Assembly: GCA_965213925.1 (NCBI GenBank)
Contig: OZ243927.1
Coordinates: 4,416,001 to 4,480,000, forward strand
Length of the DNA: 64,000 nucleotides
Reading direction: 5' to 3'
DNA from: Trueperaceae bacterium
GTDB taxonomy: Bacteria; Deinococcota; Deinococci; Deinococcales; Trueperaceae
A program made the position numbers and the translations under genes. Under the pieces are notes generated by a model that searched no databases, was not told the DNA's origin, and saw nothing but the letters and a program-made list of their open reading frames with translations. Positions 19,164 through 27,404 of this stretch are shown piece after piece (position 1 is the first letter of the stretch; each line of letters begins with the position of its first letter).

Positions 19164-20357
19164 ATGACAAAACGTGCCTCTCTCGCTCTACTCGCCTACT
19201 TAGCCTTTATCAGCCTCGGGCTGCCCGACGGTCTCATCGGCGTGGCGTGGCCTTCCATCCGCCGAGACTTCGGTTTACCCCTAGACGCGCTCGGGCTCTT
19301 AGTCGGCTTCACCACGGCGGGCTATCTTAGCTCGAGCTTTTTGAGCGGCAGAATCCTGCGGGTGCTCCCTATCGGCGCGGTGCTGGCGCTCTCGACAGGC
19401 GCAGCGGCTACCGCGCTCTTAGGCTACGCGCTGACCCCCTCGTGGCCTCTCTTACTCGCCTGCGGCTTCTTAGCGGGGCTAGGGGGCGGCGCAATCGACG
19501 CGGGGCTCAACGCTTACGGCGCGGCGCATTTTAGCGCCCGCACGCTCAACTGGCTGCACGCCTTTTTCGGTGTCGGCACGACTTTGGGTCCGCTCATCGT
19601 CACGGCAGTTCTAAACGCCGGGCTCGCCTGGCGCTGGAGCTACGCGGTGGTCGGCAGCGCCCAAGCCCTGCTCGCCGTCACCTTTTTTGTAACCCGAGGG
19701 CGCTGGCGCGAGGTCGCCACGCTGGATGACAGTGGTGCTGAGGTCGCCCCCGTCCGAGCGGCGCGGACGCGCGACACGCTGCGGCAGCCTCTAGTCTGGC
19801 TAGGGATGCTGGTCTTCTTTATCTACACCGGCGTTGAGTTCGTGGCGGGTGTCTGGAGCTACACGCTCCTTACGAACCGGGGCGTCCCGGAAGGCGTCGC
19901 TGGACTTTTTGTGAGCCTCTACTGGGGCGGGCTAACTGCCGGACGCGTCATCTTTGGCGTTATCGCCGAGCGGGTACCGCTCGTTCTGGCGCTCCGCGCT
20001 TGCATGGGGGCGGTGCTTGTGGGGGCGTTTCTCTTCTGGCTCGAGCCTACCCGCGTCCTTTCGCTCGCAGGTCTCGTCATGATCGGCTTTTTCCTCGCGC
20101 CGATTTTCGCCTCACTCATCAGCCTGACGCCCGCTCGGGTCGGCGCGGCGCACGCGGACAGCGCCATCGGTTTTCAGATTGCAGCGGCGGGGCTGGGGGG
20201 CGCGGTTTTGGTCGGCGGCGTTGGTGTGGTGTCTCGAGCAGTTGGGCTTGGCGTCATAGGCGTGTCCGTGGTGCTCTTCGCCGCGCTGCTGCTGGTGCTT
20301 TTCGAGGTGCTCGCACGGTTTCAAGCGAGTCAGGAGCGCCGCACGGTGCGGCAGTAG
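19164..20357 (+). CDS. MFS transporter
   Basis: AFISLGLPDG..GVAWP, G.IDAGLN, NWLHAFFGVG..LGP; about 12 TM segments. Confidence 0.9.
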   Translation: MTKRASLALLAYLAFISLGLPDGLIGVAWPSIRRDFGLPLDALGLLVGFTTAGYLSSSFLSGRILRVLPIGAVLALSTGAAATALLGYALTPSWPLLLACGFLAGLGGGAIDAGLNAYGAAHFSARTLNWLHAFFGVGTTLGPLIVTAVLNAGLAWRWSYAVVGSAQALLAVTFFVTRGRWREVATLDDSGAEVAPVRAARTRDTLRQPLVWLGMLVFFIYTGVEFVAGVWSYTLLTNRGVPEGVAGLFVSLYWGGLTAGRVIFGVIAERVPLVLALRACMGAVLVGAFLFWLEPTRVLSLAGLVMIGFFLAPIFASLISLTPARVGAAHADSAIGFQIAAAGLGGAVLVGGVGVVSRAVGLGVIGVSVVLFAALLLVLFEVLARFQASQERRTVRQ

Positions 20358-20525
20358 AGAGCCCGCTTGGGAGATCACCTGCGACAGCCTCTAAGCAGCT
20401 TATGCGCGGGAGAAGCGTTCCACAAGCATTACGAAAAACCTCCACAACGTCGTTACCAAGGCGTTACCAAGGTAAAGAAAGCAACATGGTGGTAATTAAG
20501 AGGTCAATAAGGGCATAATCGATCC

Positions 20526-21104
20526 ATGAACCAACCTCTTATCGGGGATTACCGAGTGCTCGAGCTACCCCCCGAAGACTTCTCCCCGCTCTTCAGCGAA
20601 TACCGCCCGGTAGTTTTCGCAGAGAACCATCACCTCAGCCCCGGCTACGCCTATAGTGACGAGGAAAAGAGAAGGTTAGAGCCGCTTCGCGAACGCATGA
20701 ACGACGCTTACACGCTTCGGCTCGGCATCTTCAAAGAGGACACGTTCGTCGGTTGGCACTTGGGAATGCAAGTCGCGCCCGCAAACTTCATGATGGTGAG
20801 CACGGGCATCCTTGAAGAGCATAGGCGTAAAGGAATCTATACAGCACTTTTACCCCTCGTTTTAGAACGTGTAAAGGCGGAGGGGTTTCAGGTGGTCGCG
20901 AGCCGTCACAACCTCACGAATAACGCCGTGATTATCCCCAAACTCAAAGCAGGCTTTGTCATCAGCGGCTTCGAGGTCAACGATATGTACGGCTCGCTCG
21001 TGCAGCTTTCCTACTTCTTTAACCCTACGCGGCGCAAGATGCTGGACGTGCGCGTAGGACAAGCCGCGCCAGATGCAGGGGTTAGAACGACACTCGGGGA
21101 ATAG
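20526..21104 (+). CDS. GNAT-family acetyltransferase
   Basis: EEHRRKGIYTALL acetyl-CoA motif; NNAVIIPKLKAGF. Confidence 0.85.
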   Translation: MNQPLIGDYRVLELPPEDFSPLFSEYRPVVFAENHHLSPGYAYSDEEKRRLEPLRERMNDAYTLRLGIFKEDTFVGWHLGMQVAPANFMMVSTGILEEHRRKGIYTALLPLVLERVKAEGFQVVASRHNLTNNAVIIPKLKAGFVISGFEVNDMYGSLVQLSYFFNPTRRKMLDVRVGQAAPDAGVRTTLGE

Positions 21105-21109
21105 AGCGG

Positions 21110-22021
21110 TCAAGGCAGCGATTCAAAAAACTCCATCATCGCCCGCCCAGTCTCATCGGGCCAATTGTGCGGGTAGTATCTCCCGTTATAGCCGTAGTCC
21201 TGCGTGTGCGGACACCACACCACCGGATGCCTTTCGCCCAGCGCGCCGTAACGCTCGCAGTTCAAGGAGCGCGGCTCGGTCTGGACGGGTTCGGCGGTAA
21301 TGCTATTTTGCCGCAGGAAGTGGTTGGCGACCTCCACGCCGTACTCGATATCGACCAGACGGTCATTCGGGTTGTGTAAAACGATTGCAGCCGTCGGCGC
21401 AACGCAGTCCTCCGCGACGATGGAGCCGCCGAGCGTGCCGACGCCGCGCACCTGACTGCCCCTCGCGCAGCCCAAGGCGTTGGCGAAATACGCACCTAGC
21501 GAGTGCCCCACTGCGAAAACCTCGTCCAACTCGGTGCAGTAGTACTGCGCGTGCAACCCCAGCATCGCGTCGAAGAAGGCGAAGTCGCGCAGCGCGTCGG
21601 CGGGGTCGCCGGGGTCGGACCAGGTGAAGGTGCCGTCACCCTGGCTGAGGCCGCTCGGGTAGACGAAGATGGTGTCGGTGGCGTAGGGCTCCAGGTCGTA
21701 GTAGCGCCTGACCTCTTCGTTCGGGCTGGTGCGCCCGTGGAACGCGAAGACGAGTCTATGCGGCGTGTCGGAGGAATAGCCGGGTGGGATGACGGTGATG
21801 AAGGAGCGGATAAGCCCGTCCACTTCGACCCTCGAGGGCGCAACCGCTGGCGCTTGCTGACCACAACCGGCAGAGAGGCTAGGGTCCCGCTGAACCGGCT
21901 GCGGCTGAGCGGGCGCTTGCGCGGATACGGCGGGCGGTCCGGCGCACGCTGCGCTGAGCAGAAGCGCCGCGCTGAATACAAAGATAAAAGCAAGAGGTAG
22001 ACGTCGCTTGAATTGTTGCAC
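21110..22021 (-). CDS. Lipoprotein alpha/beta hydrolase (PHB depolymerase / feruloyl esterase-like)
   Basis: Lipobox LSAAC; LVFAFHG, FVYP.G, GHSLG, D and H(NWP). Confidence 0.8.
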   Translation of the reverse strand: MQQFKRRLPLAFIFVFSAALLLSAACAGPPAVSAQAPAQPQPVQRDPSLSAGCGQQAPAVAPSRVEVDGLIRSFITVIPPGYSSDTPHRLVFAFHGRTSPNEEVRRYYDLEPYATDTIFVYPSGLSQGDGTFTWSDPGDPADALRDFAFFDAMLGLHAQYYCTELDEVFAVGHSLGAYFANALGCARGSQVRGVGTLGGSIVAEDCVAPTAAIVLHNPNDRLVDIEYGVEVANHFLRQNSITAEPVQTEPRSLNCERYGALGERHPVVWCPHTQDYGYNGRYYPHNWPDETGRAMMEFFESLP

Positions 22022-22108
22022 TGTAACGAGTTTAACCCGCAGAGATTAGACGCGAGGGAGAAATGAAGAGTCGGTGAAGGGCGCGGCGTAAAGGGCGTAA
22101 ACTAAACT

Positions 22109-23824
22109 ATGGCCCGCTTTAGATTAGAGAACTTTAGATCAGAAAACCCCAGACTAGAGAACAATGCACTCGAGAACGTAAAACCTAGCCCACAGACGCT
22201 GCAGAACCTCTTAGCGAACACCCGCGTTACCTTGCGAAACGCACTCGCCATGCTCCCCGGCGAGCGACCCGAGCACCTGGTGGTGGAGCTGTCCGGTTCG
22301 TATCCGGCGCGCAAACAAAAGCGTAAACTCCTAGAGGCTCTCCCACAGTTTGGGGCTCAAGAGGTCTCTTTGGAGGCTTTCAGTGAACAGCTCGAGATGC
22401 TAGCGCACGCCGACTGGCTGAAAGGCGTCGTCTTCCGCGCAGACGATTTGAGCGTCAGCTTAACGACGGCGCGGAGCTTGCGCGAAGAGGTCGTGAAGCT
22501 AAAGCGCGCGGGTAAGCGCGTCACCTTCTACGCGCCGCAGCTCGACCTCGCGAGCTACTACCTCGCCACCGTTGCCGATGAGGTCATCATGCCCGGCGGC
22601 GGCGAGCTGTTCGTGCTCGGGCTCGCCGTGCAAATCACCTTTATGCGCGACGCGCTGGCGCGCCTCGGCGTGTCGTTCGATAAAGTCGCCATCGACGAGT
22701 ATAAAAACGCAGGCGACAACTTCGCGCGCCAAGAGATGAGCCCCGCGCAGCGCGAACAGTACGGGGCGCTTTTAGACAGCTTAGAGTCCACTTTCCTACA
22801 TGACGTCGCGGAAGCTAGAGAGGTCACGCCCGGCGTCGTGCAAGGCTGGATCGACGAAGGCGTCAGCTCACCGCAGCAAGCTCTGGATTTGGGCATGATC
22901 GACCGCGTCGCGTACGAAGATGAGGTCTTGAACACCCACCAACCCTTTCGCGCCGGAGCGCGGTTTCTGACCCGAAAGCTGCGCCCTTTGAACACGAAGC
23001 GTGTCGCGGTGATTTCCCTTTCGGGCATCATCGTGTCCGGCAAGTCGCGGCGCACGCCCTTCCCGCTCCCGCTGATCGGCTCGCTGCAAGCGGGCTCAGA
23101 GACGCTCATCCGCGCCTTTCGCGCCGCCGAAGCCGACGAGAGCACCGCCGCGATCGTCTTCTTTGTAGATTCGGGCGGCGGCTCGGCGCTGGCGAGCGAC
23201 CTCATCTGGCGCGAGGTGACGCGCGTGCGCCGCGAAAAACCCGTCGTCGCGGTGATGGGCAGCGTAGCGGCGAGCGGCGGGTACTACGTGCTGACGCACG
23301 CGGACCATGTGGTTGCCGCACCTACCACGGTCACAGGCTCGATCGGCGTGCTGGCGAGCAAATTCGTATTCGAGGGCTTTAACGAGCAGTACGGCTTCAA
23401 CCCCGAAGCGCTGAGCCGCGGGCGCTACATCCTCGCCTTTAACTCGGCGCGTTCCTTTGACAAGGAGGAGCGAGCGCTAGTCGAGCGCTTTATCGGTGAG
23501 GTGTATGAGCGCTTTACAGACCGCGTGGCGGAGGGTCGCGACCTCTCCAAAGCGCGCGTGAACGAGATCGGGCGCGGACACATCTGGTCAGGTAAAGACG
23601 CCGTAGAAATCGGTTTAGTGGACGAACTCGGCGGCGTGGCGCTAGGGATTCGGCGGGCGAAAGAGATCGCCGGGTTGCACGAAGACGCCCCGACTTGGAA
23701 CGTGGAGGCTCCTCCAAAGATGCTCTTGCCGACTCAAGAAGACCCGAGCACACTTCTACGAACTCTCGCGCCGCTAAAGCGCGAGAAGGCGCTTTTACTC
23801 GAGCCGACCCAGTTGAGATGGTAG
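22109..23824 (+). CDS. sppA: Signal peptide peptidase SppA, long two-domain form
   Basis: YKNA, DSGGGSALAS, MGSVAASGGYY, TVTGSIGV, G.IWSG..A...GLVDELG. Confidence 0.9.
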   Translation: MARFRLENFRSENPRLENNALENVKPSPQTLQNLLANTRVTLRNALAMLPGERPEHLVVELSGSYPARKQKRKLLEALPQFGAQEVSLEAFSEQLEMLAHADWLKGVVFRADDLSVSLTTARSLREEVVKLKRAGKRVTFYAPQLDLASYYLATVADEVIMPGGGELFVLGLAVQITFMRDALARLGVSFDKVAIDEYKNAGDNFARQEMSPAQREQYGALLDSLESTFLHDVAEAREVTPGVVQGWIDEGVSSPQQALDLGMIDRVAYEDEVLNTHQPFRAGARFLTRKLRPLNTKRVAVISLSGIIVSGKSRRTPFPLPLIGSLQAGSETLIRAFRAAEADESTAAIVFFVDSGGGSALASDLIWREVTRVRREKPVVAVMGSVAASGGYYVLTHADHVVAAPTTVTGSIGVLASKFVFEGFNEQYGFNPEALSRGRYILAFNSARSFDKEERALVERFIGEVYERFTDRVAEGRDLSKARVNEIGRGHIWSGKDAVEIGLVDELGGVALGIRRAKEIAGLHEDAPTWNVEAPPKMLLPTQEDPSTLLRTLAPLKREKALLLEPTQLRW

Positions 23825-23826
23825 GC

Positions 23827-23872
23827 AGAAGAGAGGAGCAAGACGTTGCCGTTCTCGCTCCTCTCTTCTTTG
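23827..23872. terminator. 13-bp stem terminator between convergent genes
   Basis: AGAAGAGAGGAGC (23827) / GCTCCTCTCTTCT (23857-23869) followed by TTG. Confidence 0.7.
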
Positions 23873-23903
23873 TAGAACGTCTCGAGCCCGACTGCTGGTT
23901 GTA

Positions 23904-24128
23904 CTAAGCTTCTAGCGTTCCGCCGTACTTAGCAGTGTGGTTAGCTGCGGCAATCTGCAAGTCGCCTAATCTGCGGAGCAAGTCAGCGCGCTGCGCCTGG
24001 GTGAGCCTCGTGCACTCCGTATCCTCGATGCGCTCGGCAATCGCTTTAAGGTCTTCGAAGCTGTGGTGGGCGCGGTGGTTGATGACCTCGAGCCATTCCT
24101 TATAGGTCGGACCTTGATTAAACGTCAT
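23904..24128 (-). CDS. 74-aa hypothetical helical protein
   Basis: AGGAGG SD (24135-24140) before ATG 24128. Confidence 0.65.
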   Translation of the reverse strand: MTFNQGPTYKEWLEVINHRAHHSFEDLKAIAERIEDTECTRLTQAQRADLLRRLGDLQIAAANHTAKYGGTLEA

Positions 24129-24188
24129 GTGATGCCTCCTTCGTTCGTTGGTTGAAGTGAATTTCAGCATACACAGTATTTATATTCT

Positions 24189-24278
24189 TGGCAATATATT
24201 TGCCAGCGTTGTACTTTCTATTCTTCGCAATGAATTTTTTAGAGTTACGAGATAGAGTTTTGGCAAGATTTTTGCCAA
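24189..24278. promoter_or_regulatory. Two TGGCAA-N5-TTGCCA palindromes in an AT-rich divergent region
   Basis: TGGCAATATATTTGCCA 24189-24205; TTGGCAAGATTTTTGCCAA 24260-24278. Confidence 0.65.
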
Positions 24279-24406
24279 TTTTGCAGATTTGGCGAAACGC
24301 TTACTACTCGAGTTTGGCTCGAGCGCCCGAAAAAGGCGTCTTCTCGTCAGGGTGAAGTGAGCACACTGTAACGGACACCTATTGCGGACGCTAGAGGAGG
24401 TTTTTT

Positions 24407-24658
24407 GTGTGTACTTTGACTGCGTCCGGTAGGGTAAACTCGGCTTCCTCTATCAACGGCTTTTCTATTAAGACTGGAAGAGTTTCAAGAGGTCGTAAAG
24501 GGCGTAACGCATGGTCAAGCTCAGATTGGGACGAACTGTTTGGCGGTGAGGTGAAGAAGTGCGTCCGCAAACTGAGAGTGAATTTTTCTTTAAGGGTCAA
24601 TTCCGAGAGGTCAAAAATTTACCCTCGCCGGGAAAGCGAGGGTGGGAGAGAGGAGTGA
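24407..24658 (+). CDS. 83-aa basic hypothetical protein
   Basis: AGGAGG SD at 24395-24400 before GTG; no recognisable domain. Confidence 0.35.
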   Translation: MCTLTASGRVNSASSINGFSIKTGRVSRGRKGRNAWSSSDWDELFGGEVKKCVRKLRVNFSLRVNSERSKIYPRRESEGGREE

Positions 24659-24753
24659 GCAGCGCCCTCAAGAGGTTGTGATGCGCTATGCTCGGCGCTG
24701 CTCGAGACTCAATATAGCCCCCGACCTCTGACAAGATTCTTACAACCTCTTTC

Positions 24754-24900
24754 CTACTGTTTGCGAAAGCTGAGCGCGAAAAGAACTGCGCCAATAAGGA
24801 TGAAAATTGCGCCTACAGCAGCACTATTGAGCAAAGCATAAACGACGCCGACAAGTAAGAAAAGTCCGGCAGCAATACGGTTAGATTGTGTTTGCTTCAC
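24754..24900 (-). CDS. 48-aa two-TM micro membrane protein (absent from ORF track)
   Basis: MKQTQSNRIAAGLFLLVGVVYALLNSAAVGAIFILIGAVLFALSFRKQ: helical hairpin with basic ends. Confidence 0.6.
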   Translation of the reverse strand: MKQTQSNRIAAGLFLLVGVVYALLNSAAVGAIFILIGAVLFALSFRKQ

Positions 24901-24933
24901 TGTGAATAGCCCTGTGGATAACCTTGTGGATAA
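24901..24933. promoter_or_regulatory. Three DnaA boxes at 12-bp period
   Basis: TGTGAATAG 24901, TGTGGATAA 24913, TGTGGATAA 24925. Confidence 0.7.
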
Positions 24934-25032
24934 CTTTTGATGGACATGCGCCTAGAATAAAACGGGCTCTGTTCTCGAGTGCGTGCAGCGCGGTACAATA
25001 TCCTTTACTACGACGCTTGGAGGCAAATAACG

Positions 25033-26721
25033 ATGAGCACCACCAAACCGAGACTCAACCGGCGCAGCCGCGCCATCACCGAAGGCACGAACCGCTCACC
25101 CAACCGCGCCATGATGCGAGCCGTAGGCTTTGAAGACGAGGATTTCGAAAAGCCCATCATCGCCGTCGCGAACGGTCAGAGCAACATCACGCCTTGTAAC
25201 GCTGGGCTGGGCGAACTCTCCGACGCGGCGATGGCGGCGATACGCGCGGCGGGCGGAATGCCGGAGATGTTCGGGACCATCACCATCAGTGATGGGATTT
25301 CGATGGGGACGGAGGGGATGAAGTGCTCGCTGGTCTCCCGCGAGGTCATCGCCGACTCCATCGAAACGGTCTGCCGGGGTCAGAGCATGGACGGGCTCAT
25401 CTCGGTGGGCGGCTGCGACAAGAACATGCCCGGCGCGATGATCGCGATGGCGCGGCTCAATATTCCCGCGATTTTCGTCTACGGCGGTACCATCAAGCCC
25501 GGTCACTACAAAGGTCAGGACCTCACCATCGTGAGCGCGTTTGAGGCGGTCGGCGAATACAATGCGGGGCGCATCACGCATAGTGACTTCTGCGCGGTGG
25601 AGCGTGCGGCGTGCCCCGGCAAGGGCTCGTGCGGCGGCATGTACACCGCCAACACGATGTCGAGCGCCTTCGAAGCGATGGGGATGAGCCTCCCCTACTC
25701 CTCGACGATGGCGGCGGAAGACCAGGAGAAAGCGGACAGCGCCGCGAAGAGTGGCGAAGTTCTCTTGGACCTCATCGCCAACGACCTCAAACCGAGGGAT
25801 ATTCTCACCAAAGAAGCCTTTGAAAATGGCATCAGCGTCATCATGGCGGTGGGCGGCTCCACCAATGCTGTCTTGCACCTCTTGGCGATTGCGTACGCGG
25901 CAGGGGTAGACCTCTCACTAGACGACTTCGAACGCATCCGGGAGCGCGTGCCGCACTTCGCCGACCTCAAACCCTCGGGCAAGTACGTCGCGACGGACTT
26001 GCACCGCGTCGGCGGGATTCCTTTAGTTATGAAGATGCTCTTAGAGGCGGGACTCTTACACGGCAACTGCATGACGGTGACGGGCAAGACGGTGGCGGAG
26101 AACTTGGAAGAGGTCTCGAGCATGCCCTCCAGCGACCAAGACGTGGTGCTACCTTTCGATCAGCCCAAATACGCCCAGGGACACCTCGCCATCTTGCGCG
26201 GCAACCTCGCGCCGAACGGCTCGGTGGCGAAGATTAGCGGGCTCAAGTCCACAACCATTACGGGTCCGGCTCGAGTGTTCGAATCCGAAGAGGACGCGAT
26301 GGACGCCATCACCAGTGACGACATCAGAGCGGGCGACGTGCTCATCATCCGCTACGAAGGTCCTAAGGGCGGTCCGGGGATGCGCGAGATGCTCTCGCCG
26401 ACCTCGGCGATTATCGGCAAAGGCTTGGGTGACTCGGTCGGACTCATTACTGACGGACGCTTTTCCGGTGGGACGTACGGGCTCGTCGTCGGACACGTTG
26501 CGCCCGAGGCGCAGGTGGGTGGACCGATTGCGCTCATCCACGAAGGCGACAGCATCACGATTGACGCGGCGCAGAACCTCATTCAGATCAATATTGAAGA
26601 TAGCGAGTTAGAAGAGCGCCGTAAGAATTGGCAAGCACCGCCGATCAAGTATCAGAGTGGGGTGTTGGCGAAGTATGCGAAGTTGGTGGGGAGTGCGTCG
26701 GAGGGGGCGGTGACGGATTAA
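25033..26721 (+). CDS. ilvD: Dihydroxy-acid dehydratase
   Basis: [54 protein letters not shown]. Confidence 0.97.
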   Translation: MSTTKPRLNRRSRAITEGTNRSPNRAMMRAVGFEDEDFEKPIIAVANGQSNITPCNAGLGELSDAAMAAIRAAGGMPEMFGTITISDGISMGTEGMKCSLVSREVIADSIETVCRGQSMDGLISVGGCDKNMPGAMIAMARLNIPAIFVYGGTIKPGHYKGQDLTIVSAFEAVGEYNAGRITHSDFCAVERAACPGKGSCGGMYTANTMSSAFEAMGMSLPYSSTMAAEDQEKADSAAKSGEVLLDLIANDLKPRDILTKEAFENGISVIMAVGGSTNAVLHLLAIAYAAGVDLSLDDFERIRERVPHFADLKPSGKYVATDLHRVGGIPLVMKMLLEAGLLHGNCMTVTGKTVAENLEEVSSMPSSDQDVVLPFDQPKYAQGHLAILRGNLAPNGSVAKISGLKSTTITGPARVFESEEDAMDAITSDDIRAGDVLIIRYEGPKGGPGMREMLSPTSAIIGKGLGDSVGLITDGRFSGGTYGLVVGHVAPEAQVGGPIALIHEGDSITIDAAQNLIQINIEDSELEERRKNWQAPPIKYQSGVLAKYAKLVGSASEGAVTD

Positions 26722-26968
26722 ACCTGAAAAAGTTCTAGCGAAAATCTTGTCCGGCTCCAAAAACATTCGCTTCGGTGATTTTGTCGGACTCATTGAGGCG
26801 TATGGCTTTACGCTCTCTCGAGTCAGCGGAAGCCACCACATGTTCAAACACCCCGACATTCCAGAGTTGGTGAACGTCCAAGAGGTGAAAGGTCAGTCCA
26901 AACCCTACCAAGTTCGCCAATTCTTGCAACTTATCGAGCGCTACAACCTCTCTTTGGAGGAAAAATGA
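26717..26968 (+). CDS. hicA: HicA-family toxin; start probably ATT 26717, alternative TTG 26747
   Basis: [15 protein letters not shown]...KPYQVRQFL; upstream of hicB. Confidence 0.85.
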   Translation: MKPEKVLAKILSGSKNIRFGDFVGLIEAYGFTLSRVSGSHHMFKHPDIPELVNVQEVKGQSKPYQVRQFLQLIERYNLSLEEK

Positions 26969-27183
26969 AGGACTATCACATCAATATCTTCTACAGCGAA
27001 GAAGATGAGGGCTACATCGCGGATATTCCGGACCTCAGATTTTGCTCGGCGTTTGGTGAGACGCCCATAGAGGCATTGGCTGAGGTGGAGAAGGCTAAAG
27101 AGCTTTGGCTCGAGGTGGCAAAAGAGGAAGGTAGACCCATTCCCGAACCTCGGTACAAGCCCGTCATTTATCAAGTAGCGTGA
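26965..27183 (+). CDS. hicB: Short HicB-family antitoxin without a DNA-binding domain
   Basis: YIADIPDL..CSAFGETPIEAL...W.E...EEGRPIPEP. Confidence 0.9.
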   Translation: MKDYHINIFYSEEDEGYIADIPDLRFCSAFGETPIEALAEVEKAKELWLEVAKEEGRPIPEPRYKPVIYQVA

Positions 27184-27404
27184 GCATTATTCCGCCATGT
27201 TTCGAAGAGCACTATCCGAACCTCGCAGATTGGGTGGCGGATGGGTGGCTCGAGCTTGGCTTCGATTACGGCTCGGGGGCATTTATCCGTCTCATTGATC
27301 ACGGTGGCATGGTTTGGCAGGGTAAAGCCGAGTACCCGACGGTGGACGCGGCGCTTGCTGAGGCGGAAGAGGCGGCGAAGGCGTGGTTTGAGGAGAATGG
27401 GTGA
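27180..27404 (+). CDS. 74-aa conserved-looking hypothetical protein coupled to hicB
   Basis: GTGA overlap with hicB; YPNLADWV..GWLELG...IRLID.GGMVW. Confidence 0.7.
   Translation: MSIIPPCFEEHYPNLADWVADGWLELGFDYGSGAFIRLIDHGGMVWQGKAEYPTVDAALAEAEEAAKAWFEENG

Noticed and set aside
20451..20472. CGTTACCAAGG tandem repeat upstream of the GNAT gene
   Set aside because: Single short duplication with no further support
24160..24933. oriC (DnaA boxes plus an AT-rich stretch)
   Set aside because: Only three boxes, no dnaA/dnaN nearby, and the AT-rich part is about 600 bp away
25096..25878. Long antisense ORFs, here and at 18460-19170, 45968-46798, 50595-51404, 62505-63152
   Set aside because: Shadows of well-supported genes, expected in high-GC DNA, with no domain motifs
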